Shown here piece by piece: positions 52,412-61,386 of a DNA stretch of 64,000 nucleotides. Under the pieces are notes generated by a model, which made no database searches, was not told the origin of the DNA, and saw only the letters and a list, made by a program, of their open reading frames with translations. This DNA is from Arcobacteraceae bacterium (GTDB lineage: Bacteria > Campylobacterota > Campylobacteria > Campylobacterales > Arcobacteraceae): NCBI GenBank assembly GCA_048268245.1, contig JBLWVX010000005.1:10186-74185 (forward strand). The letters are read 5' to 3'. How positions within the stretch are numbered: position 1 is the first letter of the stretch; each line of letters begins with the position of its first letter. Made by a program: the position numbers and the translations under genes.

Positions 52412-52957
52412 TTATTTAGCTAAAAGTCCATTTTTTACACTTTGGTAGGTTTCATTTCCACAAAGAGTTTTTACTAATTGTAGAGCAAAAGTTGTAGCAG
52501 TTCCTGGTCCTCTTGAAGTTATAACTTTACCATCTTCTACAACATCTTGCGTTGAACTATATCCTTTATCTCTTATTTTTTGCTCAAAAGAGGGATAACA
52601 AGTATAATTTGTGTTTAAAACATTAGCTTTATGAAGTGCATAGGGTGCTGCACAGATTGCTGCTATATATTTATCACTATTTTTCATAGTTTTTAAAAGT
52701 TCTTGTACTTTTTCATTTTCAGCAAGTGTAAAAGCATTTGGTAGTCCACCAGGAAGTACAATCATATCAAACTCATCAGAGTTAATATCTTCAATCATAC
52801 AATCAGCTATAATTTTTATACTGTTTGCTCCTTGTGTCTGTAAAGATTCAACACCAGCTACGCATACTTCAATACCAGCTCTTCTACATATATCGATAAT
52901 TGATACAGCTTCAATCTCTTCAAATCCATTTGAAATAGGTACTATGATTTTTGCCAT
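52412..52957 (-). CDS. DJ-1/YajL/PfpI family protein
   Basis: GFEEIE, LPGG, AICAAP, TSRGPGTA. Confidence 0.93.
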   Translation of the reverse strand: MAKIIVPISNGFEEIEAVSIIDICRRAGIEVCVAGVESLQTQGANSIKIIADCMIEDINSDEFDMIVLPGGLPNAFTLAENEKVQELLKTMKNSDKYIAAICAAPYALHKANVLNTNYTCYPSFEQKIRDKGYSSTQDVVEDGKVITSRGPGTATTFALQLVKTLCGNETYQSVKNGLLAK

Positions 52958-52999
52958 TATATCTCCTAAGTTTAGTTTATTTATTATATAAAATTATAA

Positions 53000-53902
53000 T
53001 TAATGATAATTTATATAGTAGGGTTGCTCTTCTATTTTTTGACTACCAACATTTTCAAAACCAAGTATTTTTTTTGGTGTCATTAATGGTTTTATATCAT
53101 TGTTATAAAAGATTTTAAATCCACCTATAGCTCTGTTTGTTTGTTCTCTTGCATATAAGGCATTGTAGATTTTAACTTTTACTCCTGCTTGTCCATGTCC
53201 ATCTATATTATAAATTAGTTTTATGTTTTTATAGTTTTTTATATCATCTTTTTGTCTTAACATTCTTTTATGGAACATATGAACTATGATTTTTTTAGCA
53301 GTTTTAATATCATTTTCTTTTAGGTATGAACTTACATACTCTTGAAGTTCATTTAACTCTTTAGCTTTTACATGGCCTACATATTTTCCTGGTGGGTATC
53401 TTCTATGTGTTGGGATTCTAAATTCTGGATCAATAGCTAAGTGTACATTTTCATACTTTAGATATTTAAGAAGTGGTTCTACTGCTTCTTTTGGTGTTTT
53501 TACTGATAATTGAACATCTAAAATTACAGCAAAGTTTTCTTTTCGGGCTCTTTTTATATATTTTAATACTGTTTTTTCACTCATTCCTAAAAGGTAATCA
53601 TTTCTTCTACCTGGGTCTTTTGTTGCAAGGGAGTGAATAATATGAAATGCCATCTTTACTTTAATATTTTTATTAAAAGACTCTAAATCTTTTTTATAGT
53701 ATTTTTGTTTCTCTCTCATTTTAATAACAAGTTCATCAATATTATTTTCTCCTAAAATACCTAAAGATTTACTATTTGGTCTTCCATAAAAGCCAACTAA
53801 AACTTCATTTTTATAGCTTTTTGAATACTCTGTAGTTTTGGCATTTAGTGTATTTAAGAAAAGTAGGGCTATAAGACTTATAAAGCATAGTATTTTATTC
53901 AT
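53000..53902 (-). CDS. Secreted hypothetical protein
   Basis: Signal peptide; motifs GFYGRP..LG.LGE, ILDVQ, HLAIDPEF, NIDGHG. Confidence 0.7.
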   Translation of the reverse strand: MNKILCFISLIALLFLNTLNAKTTEYSKSYKNEVLVGFYGRPNSKSLGILGENNIDELVIKMREKQKYYKKDLESFNKNIKVKMAFHIIHSLATKDPGRRNDYLLGMSEKTVLKYIKRARKENFAVILDVQLSVKTPKEAVEPLLKYLKYENVHLAIDPEFRIPTHRRYPPGKYVGHVKAKELNELQEYVSSYLKENDIKTAKKIIVHMFHKRMLRQKDDIKNYKNIKLIYNIDGHGQAGVKVKIYNALYAREQTNRAIGGFKIFYNNDIKPLMTPKKILGFENVGSQKIEEQPYYINYH

Positions 53903-54030
53903 TTTCTGCCTCGAAAAAAATTATTTTACTTTAAAGTATATTCTAATATCTTGAAATAAAATTTAAAATTTTCTAATAAGGCACTTTACAGTTAAATATT
54001 ATTAGTATTTCATTAAAAAAAGGAAAAGTT

Positions 54031-54726
54031 TTGCCAGGAAGATTAGCTGTATTTGATGATAACTCTTTTAAAGAAGACTCAAAATATTTGATAAAAAATG
54101 ATATGGTAGGAGTTTTACAAAAAAGATACAATATCCCACCAACTACACCTATTCCTGCACTTTTAAATAATGGTAACTATTTATATACTCATTTTGGTTT
54201 TTTACCTTCTTGGGCAAGTTCAAAATCTTCTATGAACATAAATGCAAGAAGTGAGAGTATTTATGAAAAAAAGACTTTTAGAGAAGCTTTTAGATTTAAA
54301 AGATGTATTATTCCTATAAATGGTTTTTATGAATGGCAAATAGAAGATAAAGAGAAAACACCTTTTTTTGTAAAAGACATGAAACATGACTATTTAGGTG
54401 TTGCTGGTATTTGGGATGAGTACTTTGAAGAGCAGTTAAATATGAATATTGTAACAGTAGCTTTAATAACTTGTGATGCAAATGATAAATTAGGAAAAAT
54501 TCATCATCGAATGCCAGTGATTTTAGAGAAAAAAGAGTTTTCAACTTGGCTTAAAAGTGATGACTTAAAAGAAGTAAATTCTCTTTTTAAAATCTATGAG
54601 TCAGAAAAACTAGACCTTTATGAAGTATCAAGTGATGTTAATAAAGTTCTATTTGACAAACCTTCATGTATTCAAAAAGTAGAAAAAAAAGAGTTTGAAC
54701 CTACTGGGCAGTTATCACTTTTCTAA
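54031..54726 (+). CDS. SOS response-associated peptidase (SRAP/HMCES/YedK family)
   Basis: RYNIPPT, INARSE, RCIIP.NGFYEW, IHHRMPVIL, VN; TTG start after AAGGA. Confidence 0.88.
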   Translation: MPGRLAVFDDNSFKEDSKYLIKNDMVGVLQKRYNIPPTTPIPALLNNGNYLYTHFGFLPSWASSKSSMNINARSESIYEKKTFREAFRFKRCIIPINGFYEWQIEDKEKTPFFVKDMKHDYLGVAGIWDEYFEEQLNMNIVTVALITCDANDKLGKIHHRMPVILEKKEFSTWLKSDDLKEVNSLFKIYESEKLDLYEVSSDVNKVLFDKPSCIQKVEKKEFEPTGQLSLF

Positions 54727-55473
54727 AGCTTTAAACCATAAAATCCAAAGATTAGTGCATATCTTTTTATAAGCTTTTAGTTTTTCTTTGTGCTCCTTTT
54801 TTACGTTTTTAAAATACTCTTTTAATAAATACTTTTCTTGTTTTTTGTTTAGCTTATATTCTATACACAAAGCTGCTAAATCAAAAAATCTGTCATTAAC
54901 ACAAGCAAATTCCCAATCAATTAAAAAAGCTTTATTTCTATGAAAAAGTATATTTTTTAGGTTTAAATCATGGTGACATAAAACTAAATCTTTTTTATAC
55001 TTTTTTAAAGTATATAGTTGTTTTAAAGATTGACTAACAAGAGTTTTTGTTTTTTTATCTTTTAAGAGTTTTTTATAGTTCTTAAAATCTTTTTTTAAAT
55101 CATAAGGCTTTTGTTTTATTTTTATAGTATGAAGCTTTTTAAGAGTTCTTATAACTGCTTTTAAATGAGCTTTTTTAAGTTTTTCTTTGTGCTCACCTTT
55201 TATAAAATCACAGATCATTAATGAGTTTTTTTTATCTAAGATATAGGCTTTCGCACCTATATTTCTTTTGTAAGCTTTATTTTGTATTTTAAACTCAGTT
55301 TCTCTTTTTTTCTTTTCTTTATGGGTGTGTTTAAAAACTCTTATACTATAAGTTTTTTTGCTACTTTCTAGTTTGTATATGGTATTGCATACGCCTTGGT
55401 TTTCTAGAAGCTTTACACTTAAAAGCTCTTCACTTTTAAAAAGTCTATACTCTTTAAGCTTTTTGATCTTCAT
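54715..55473 (-). CDS. Choline/thiamine kinase-like phosphotransferase
   Basis: CHHDLNLKNI Brenner motif, IDWE, FDLA. Confidence 0.8.
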   Translation of the reverse strand: MKIKKLKEYRLFKSEELLSVKLLENQGVCNTIYKLESSKKTYSIRVFKHTHKEKKKRETEFKIQNKAYKRNIGAKAYILDKKNSLMICDFIKGEHKEKLKKAHLKAVIRTLKKLHTIKIKQKPYDLKKDFKNYKKLLKDKKTKTLVSQSLKQLYTLKKYKKDLVLCHHDLNLKNILFHRNKAFLIDWEFACVNDRFFDLAALCIEYKLNKKQEKYLLKEYFKNVKKEHKEKLKAYKKICTNLWILWFKALEK

Positions 55474-56023
55474 AATCTTTTTTCCATTTTAAGTATGCTA
55501 CAAATGCAAGAACTGTATAAATTGCAAATAAAATAGCAGTTAGCTTTAAATCTTTTTGAATATAAATATAAATAGAAATAGTATCTATTACTATCCAATA
55601 AATCCAGTTTTCTAGTACTTTTTTTGCTAGCATGTATGTAGAAAATATTGCAAATACAGTAGTAAAAGAATCAATATAAGCAAAATCAGCATGGGTATAA
55701 GTTGCCATGATAAAGCCAAGTATTGAAGATATGATACTTAAAGCTATAATTATTTGTATGTTTTTCTTTATTCCATAGCTAGTAACTTCTAATTCTTTTT
55801 CTTGTAGTTTATTTCCATATCTCCAAGAATACCAACCATAAAGTGCCATAACTAAATAGTATACATTTAAAGCACTATCCATTAGAAGTGCTACATCAAA
55901 AAATATTATTGCATAAATAAGGGTTGAAAAAAATGCAGCTACCCAACACCATAAATTTTGTTTGATAGCAAGAAGTAGGTAAGCAATAGATAAACTCATA
56001 GCTATTGCTTCCCAATTTGACAT
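55454..56023 (-). CDS. pnuC: PnuC-family vitamin transporter
   Basis: WCW, YGWYSW, DSFTT, LENWIYWIVID. Confidence 0.88.
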   Translation of the reverse strand: MSNWEAIAMSLSIAYLLLAIKQNLWCWVAAFFSTLIYAIIFFDVALLMDSALNVYYLVMALYGWYSWRYGNKLQEKELEVTSYGIKKNIQIIIALSIISSILGFIMATYTHADFAYIDSFTTVFAIFSTYMLAKKVLENWIYWIVIDTISIYIYIQKDLKLTAILFAIYTVLAFVAYLKWKKDYEDQKA

Positions 56024-56117
56024 AATTTTTAAATAATCAATTACAGGGGTAATAAAATCTTCGATAATAAATCCTTTTTATAAAAAAGGAAATATATCTA
56101 AAATGTTCTAAAAAAAA

Positions 56118-56666
56118 CTATTTATTTAAAAGCTCTTTTATTTTTGGTTCTATGTCTAAAGGTTTTGTAGTTGAACCATATCTTTCAACAACATTTCCTT
56201 TTTTATCAATAAGAAACTTTGTAAAGTTCCATTTTATGCTTTCAGTTCCAAATACTCCTGCCGCTTCTTTTTTCAGGTGAGTATATAAAGGGTGTTCATT
56301 ATCACCATTTACATCAATCTTAGAAAACATATCAAATTTTACACCAAATGTTAGGGTACAAAACTCTTTTATCTCTTCATTTGTTCCTGGTTCTTGGTTT
56401 GCAAACTGGTTTGAAGGAAAACCTAAAACCATAAAATTTTCATCTTTATATTTAGCATGAAGCTTTTCTAAGCCTTCATATTGAGAAGTAAAACCACATT
56501 TGCTAGCTACATTTACTATTAGAAGAACTTTGTCTTTATATTTTGACATGGAAATCTCTTTTCCCTCTATATCTTTTACTTTAAAATCATAAATACTCAT
56601 ACTATTCTCCTTAGCAAATAAAGTTCCAATTAACAATGAAAGTATTACAGTTAATTTTAATATCAT
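56118..56666 (-). CDS. Exported glutathione peroxidase-like protein
   Basis: NVASKCGFT, GFPSNQF, KWNFTKFL; signal peptide. Confidence 0.92.
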   Translation of the reverse strand: MILKLTVILSLLIGTLFAKENSMSIYDFKVKDIEGKEISMSKYKDKVLLIVNVASKCGFTSQYEGLEKLHAKYKDENFMVLGFPSNQFANQEPGTNEEIKEFCTLTFGVKFDMFSKIDVNGDNEHPLYTHLKKEAAGVFGTESIKWNFTKFLIDKKGNVVERYGSTTKPLDIEPKIKELLNK

Positions 56667-56729
56667 AATATGTTCCTTTATTTTAATAACATATTTTAAC
56701 GCAAATTACTGTTGTTTTGTATGTGTTTT

Positions 56730-57243
56730 TTATAAATTCACATTAACTTGGTTTCTTCCAAGCTCTTTTGATTTGTATAATGCTTTATCTGCTCTTGCAA
56801 TAATAGTGTCTAAGTTTTCATCAATATTTTTAATTTGGGATATTCCTATACTAATAGTTACTGGTATATCAAGCTTTTTATTTTTAAAGTTATTTTCACT
56901 AAAAAAGTTTCTAATATTTTCAGATAGATTTGATGCTCCTTGTATATCTGTATTATTTAAAATAATCATAAATTTTTCCCCACCTGTACGTGCTAGAATA
57001 TCTGACTTTCTAATTCTACTTTTAAGTGAACTTGAAACATACATCAATACTTCATCTCCTATTTGATGACCAAAGTCTAGTATTTACAATATTATTAAAA
57101 AGACTTGATGCTTCTTGAAAAAGTATTTTTTGAGATACTTTAATATAACTTACTTTTGTTTGATTAATATAGTTTACAATGATTACTGTAAATATAAAAA
57201 TTAAAGTGACTATAAAATAAATAATGAAGTTTTTGTTTTTCAT
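56730..57243 (-). pseudogene. Diguanylate cyclase with large internal deletion
   Basis: N-terminal TM fragment (57052-57243) abuts out of frame onto FGHQIGDEVL..ARTGGEKF..ADKALYKSK.GRN. Confidence 0.78.
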
Positions 57244-57391
57244 ACTACTACCTATAATACTTATATAGATGTTGTATCATAAAATAATTTTATTATTTGC
57301 TATTTTGGGATATAAAATATACAACTTTTAGATAATAGATTGTAACTAAGTTGTTATAATAATAGTATATAATCCACTAAAAGGAGAAATT

Positions 57392-57490
57392 ATGGAAATT
57401 ATATATATCACATTTGCATGCATTTTTCTAGTTGGGATTACAGCTTGTTATATAGTAAAATTTTTTGGCAATTATGAAAAAACTATTTAG
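57392..57490 (+). CDS. 32-aa single-TM small protein (not in ORF track)
   Basis: TATAAT ~57368, AAGGAG RBS, MEIIYITFACIFLVGITACYIVKFFGNYEKTI*. Confidence 0.55.
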   Translation: MEIIYITFACIFLVGITACYIVKFFGNYEKTI

Positions 57491-58415
57491 CTTTTATAAC
57501 TTTGTTTCTTCCACTAGTTTTTGCTTCATATAAAGCTTCATCAGCTCTTGCAAAAGTTTGCTCTAAATTATCATTGTCCTTTTGCTCATTAAACTCAGCA
57601 ACACCTAAACTAACAGTATATTTTATTTTAGTATCTTCATCTATTTTAACTTCAGTATTTTGTATATATTCTCTAATTTTTTGAGCAACTGCATAAGCAT
57701 CTTCTATATTACAATCTTGAAGAAGTACAACAAATTCTTCTCCTCCAAACCTTGAAATAATATCACTATCTCTTAAGTTTTTTTCTAAAGCTCTTGCAAT
57801 ATGAATAATTACTTCATCTCCCACAAGGTGTCCATAGCTATCATTTATGTTTTTAAATTTATCTATATCTAAGACAATAAGCGAAAGACTTACATTATTT
57901 CTTTTGCTGTAAGATTTTATCTTTTTTGATTGCATTGAGAAGTATCTTCTATTTGAAAGTTTTGTTAATGGATCTCTATGAATCATTTCTACAAGTTCTT
58001 CATTTAGAAGTTCTAGTTTATGATTTGTTTCACAAAGATTTGTTGTATTGTATATAAATAAACAAACAAGCTCTTTATTTTTATCATAAGGTACAATAGT
58101 AATATTTTGTTGCATATATTTATATATACTATTAGTAATAGACTCTACTGGAATTTTTATTAGATATCTATTTGGATTCACATTATAAAAAGAAGGGTTG
58201 TTTGTAACTAAAACAGATTTTACTTTTCTTTTTAACTTTTTTTCATTTATGTAGTTATATAGTTCACAAATATTTTTATTTACAACATCTTCTTCTTTTT
58301 TGTATGTAAGTATTTCAAGCCATCTATTCCAAGCTAAGATATTTAGTTCTTTATCAAGTATTATAATTCCATTATCAACACTATTAAATATTACATCATT
58401 GTTTATATCAATCAT
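57483..58415 (-). CDS. PAS-GGDEF diguanylate cyclase
   Basis: PAS (GIIILD..WN), DPLTKLSNRR, DIDKFKNINDSYGH, RDSD I-site, RFGGEEF. Confidence 0.93.
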   Translation of the reverse strand: MIDINNDVIFNSVDNGIIILDKELNILAWNRWLEILTYKKEEDVVNKNICELYNYINEKKLKRKVKSVLVTNNPSFYNVNPNRYLIKIPVESITNSIYKYMQQNITIVPYDKNKELVCLFIYNTTNLCETNHKLELLNEELVEMIHRDPLTKLSNRRYFSMQSKKIKSYSKRNNVSLSLIVLDIDKFKNINDSYGHLVGDEVIIHIARALEKNLRDSDIISRFGGEEFVVLLQDCNIEDAYAVAQKIREYIQNTEVKIDEDTKIKYTVSLGVAEFNEQKDNDNLEQTFARADEALYEAKTSGRNKVIKAK

Positions 58416-58421
58416 TTATAT

Positions 58422-59042
58422 TTATAAATCCTCTAAAAACTGAGAGATTGATTCTCTTAAATATTCAGATGATTCATTTTTCGAAAGTATAATTAATTCA
58501 CCTTTTATATGTTCATCTTCAAAATTAAGCTCTGTAGAGATTATAATGATATTCTCATAACTTTTGTCAAAGCCATCATTGAAGTCTTTTATGTTTGAAA
58601 CTCTTTTTATATTTGGAGCTGAAAATGAAATATTCGCATCAATTAAAGAAGCTAATTTTCCTGATGTTACAGATGAAATGATATTTGTAACTTCTAAAAC
58701 AACATCTTTTATTTCATCATCATCAATTTCATCATCTTCTAAACCAAACTCTTTTGTAAGGTTATAGCTAGATTTTTCATCAATTATAAAAAGATTCTCT
58801 CCTGAAATATTTCCATGGATAAGTTGATTAGCTATAAAGTAAGTTCCATTTTCTACAATTTTTTCATTTAAGTGTTTAAGTAAACCTTCTGAAGTTACTG
58901 TATTAATTATTGGAATATTTAAAGTTGCAAACTTATCAATGATTTTAGATATGGCAGCAGTTGCTTCACCATAAGCAATATTCATTAATTCTTGTAAGCA
59001 GTCTCTTTCCTCTTCATTTAAATCAATAAGATTTTTGCCCAT
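58422..59042 (-). CDS. CheC-like protein
   Basis: LQELMNIAYG and VLEVTNI (two ExxN motifs), FSAP. Confidence 0.82.
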   Translation of the reverse strand: MGKNLIDLNEEERDCLQELMNIAYGEATAAISKIIDKFATLNIPIINTVTSEGLLKHLNEKIVENGTYFIANQLIHGNISGENLFIIDEKSSYNLTKEFGLEDDEIDDDEIKDVVLEVTNIISSVTSGKLASLIDANISFSAPNIKRVSNIKDFNDGFDKSYENIIIISTELNFEDEHIKGELIILSKNESSEYLRESISQFLEDL

Positions 59043-59407
59043 TAGATTAATCCAAGTTTTTCAAGCATCTTTTTTAAATTTTCTAAGTTTATAGGTTTTT
59101 TTATAAAACCTAAAGCACCATTATCTTTAGCTTTTTGCATAGCTTGTTCTTGAATGTCAGCACTTACTATAATGATTTTAGAATCTTTATCAAATTCGCT
59201 AATTTGTTTAGTTGCTTCAAATCCATCAACTACTGGCATTGTTAAGTCCATAAAACAAATAGAAGGATTGTGCTCCTTGTAAAGCTCAATAGCTTCTTGG
59301 CCATTTGTAGCTTCTACAATATTTGAGTCATCACTTATTATCTCTTTTAAATTCTTAATTGTCATTTTTCTTGCTAGTTTAGAATCATCAACTACTAAAT
59401 ATGTCAT
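59042..59407 (-). CDS. Single-domain (CheY-like) response regulator
   Basis: VVDDS, MDLTMP.VDG, VSAD, FIKKP. Confidence 0.92.
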   Translation of the reverse strand: MTYLVVDDSKLARKMTIKNLKEIISDDSNIVEATNGQEAIELYKEHNPSICFMDLTMPVVDGFEATKQISEFDKDSKIIIVSADIQEQAMQKAKDNGALGFIKKPINLENLKKMLEKLGLI

Positions 59408-59516
59408 AAAGTATCCTCAATTAATTTCCAACATTGTAGCATAATAAATTTTGTTTTAATTTGAAAAAAGTGTTAGTTTGTAATGTTTTTTGTGATTTTA
59501 TATTTGTGTACGTAAA

Positions 59517-59594
59517 TGGTCGGGGCGAGAGGATTCGAACCTCCGGCCCCCTGGTCCCAAACCAGGTGCGCTAACCAGACTGCGCTACGCCCCG
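59517..59594 (-). tRNA. tRNA-Pro(UGG)
   Basis: CGGGGCGTAGCGCAGTCTGGTTAGCGCACCTGGTTTGGGACCAGGGGGCCGGAGGTTCGAATCCTCTCGCCCCGACCA; anticodon TGG, encoded CCA. Confidence 0.97.
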
Positions 59595-59658
59595 ACGATT
59601 AATAAGGCGGGAATAATACTATGTTTTTTAATAATTGTCAAGGGTATATGATAAAAAG

Positions 59659-60129
59659 TTACTGAATTTTTGAAATTTCAATATCATTTATGTTTTCTAC
59701 TAGTTTAAATAAGCTATTATCTTTCATTTCTAAATAACCTTTACTTTTAATTCTTCCTTTAGAATTATAAACAAATTTGTAGTTTTTATCAAAACTTACT
59801 GTAATAAACTTATCTTTTTTTACTTCTAATTTTTCAGTTTTCACATCATTTGCCATAGCTTTTTTTAAAATATATATAATTGCGTATTTATCTTTTTTAT
59901 ATTTTGTAGTTTCTTTATTTTTTATACCATTAAAATCTTCGTTATAAAAAACAAACTTGTCTTTTCCAAGTAAAAATCTTGCTATTGAATTTGTTACTTT
60001 TGCTTCTAAATAGTTCTCTTTTAATGAGCCAAAGTTTTCTATTTCGCCTAAAGTAATTCCTTTAAATTTTATAGAGTAGTTAGCAAAAGCAAAGTTTGCT
60101 AGTAGTAGAACTGGTAATAAAAATTTCAT
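59659..60129 (-). CDS. Secreted hypothetical protein
   Basis: Signal peptide MKFLLPVLLLANFAFA; AAGGA RBS. Confidence 0.7.
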   Translation of the reverse strand: MKFLLPVLLLANFAFANYSIKFKGITLGEIENFGSLKENYLEAKVTNSIARFLLGKDKFVFYNEDFNGIKNKETTKYKKDKYAIIYILKKAMANDVKTEKLEVKKDKFITVSFDKNYKFVYNSKGRIKSKGYLEMKDNSLFKLVENINDIEISKIQ

Positions 60130-60181
60130 TTTCTTCCTTTAACATGTATCGTATATCTAAAAAGTGTATTTTTTGTGAGCC

Positions 60182-60685
60182 TTAGTTATTAAAGATACTT
60201 GTTTTTTCAATCAAAATATCATTGTGATTAACAAATCTTTCACATCTAAGTCCATTTATTTTTTTACAAATTAGTTGCCATTTTTTTGTATGTCCTGAAT
60301 TTTCTTTTGAAAAGTCACCTAAAAAAAACATAATAGCATGAGCATACTCATGTGGTAAAACATCATTTATCATATAATTAGAACTTTCTTTAAATCTTTT
60401 TTTGTTTAAATATATTTTTATACTGCCATTTTTTTCATATACTGCCATACCAAATCTATTATCATTCATATCACTTGATACTATAACTGGAAAGTCTTTT
60501 ATCACATTAAAATTAATTTTTGCTAAATATTTAAGTTCTTTTTGTTTTATTTTTATTTGTTGTATATATCTTTTATCTAAGGGGTTTTCAAAAAAAGTAT
60601 AATCTTTATACCAAATAAAAACTAATAGTGCAGCTGCACTAATAGTTATAAATAAAAATATTTTTTGTAGATTTTGAAAAAACAT
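60182..60685 (-). CDS. Membrane-anchored SprT-like zinc metalloprotease
   Basis: LPHEYAH, GHTKKWQ..C; N-terminal TM. Confidence 0.82.
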   Translation of the reverse strand: MFFQNLQKIFLFITISAAALLVFIWYKDYTFFENPLDKRYIQQIKIKQKELKYLAKINFNVIKDFPVIVSSDMNDNRFGMAVYEKNGSIKIYLNKKRFKESSNYMINDVLPHEYAHAIMFFLGDFSKENSGHTKKWQLICKKINGLRCERFVNHNDILIEKTSIFNN

Positions 60686-60690
60686 TTGTT

Positions 60691-61164
60691 TTATCCAATT
60701 GTTTTTATTAAAATATCTCTGTAGTGATTTAACTCTTTCATTTTTGTATCATCTCCACCATTTATATCAGGATGATATTTTCTTGCTAATTCTTTGTATC
60801 TTTTTTTTACCTCTTCTTTTGTAGGCTCACTTGTGAAACCAAAAAAGTCTTTTGCTTGTTGTATTTCATTATATCTTGGCTGGTTTGCAAAATTCTGGAA
60901 ATCATTGGCATTGAAATTTTTAAAATCATTAAAGTTAAAGTTTGGATTTCCTCCTTGAGAAAATTCTTGACCATTAAACTTGAAGTGAAAACTATTTGAA
61001 CGTATTTTCTTTTTTAAATTATAGATAATTATAAATCCTATAATAAAGATAATACCAATTATCATCAAAAATGTTCCAAAGTTTGTAAATATTAAATATA
61101 AAATAAAAAATATTATTGAAAGTCTTACTAGTCTGTTAAATATATAAATAGCTGTATTGTTCAT
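60691..61164 (-). CDS. Membrane-anchored J-domain protein
   Basis: Two TM segments, YKELARKYHPD. Confidence 0.85.
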   Translation of the reverse strand: MNNTAIYIFNRLVRLSIIFFILYLIFTNFGTFLMIIGIIFIIGFIIIYNLKKKIRSNSFHFKFNGQEFSQGGNPNFNFNDFKNFNANDFQNFANQPRYNEIQQAKDFFGFTSEPTKEEVKKRYKELARKYHPDINGGDDTKMKELNHYRDILIKTIG

Positions 61165-61386
61165 AAAAATCTAAATCCTTTAAAATAAATATGTATTATA
61201 GTATTCTTTTTAAAATAAGTAAATTAAAGGTATTTCTTATATTAAAATTAATTATATTTATTAAATGTGTTACAAAAGTAATCATTAAAACTTTAAAAAT
61301 ATTGCTATTTAAATGCTATGCAAAAATTATCATAAAAATATCACATGCTAGGAATATTCTTTTTGAGTTAAAACAAGGAGGAATAC

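Noticed and set aside
56024..56117. TPP riboswitch upstream of pnuC
   Set aside because: The region is short and AT-rich with no CTGAGA or other TPP-box motifs
56490..56510. Selenocysteine in the glutathione peroxidase
   Set aside because: The active-site codon is TGT (Cys), not TGA
59408..59594. Genomic island integrated at tRNA-Pro
   Set aside because: No duplicated tRNA 3' end or integrase seen in the window
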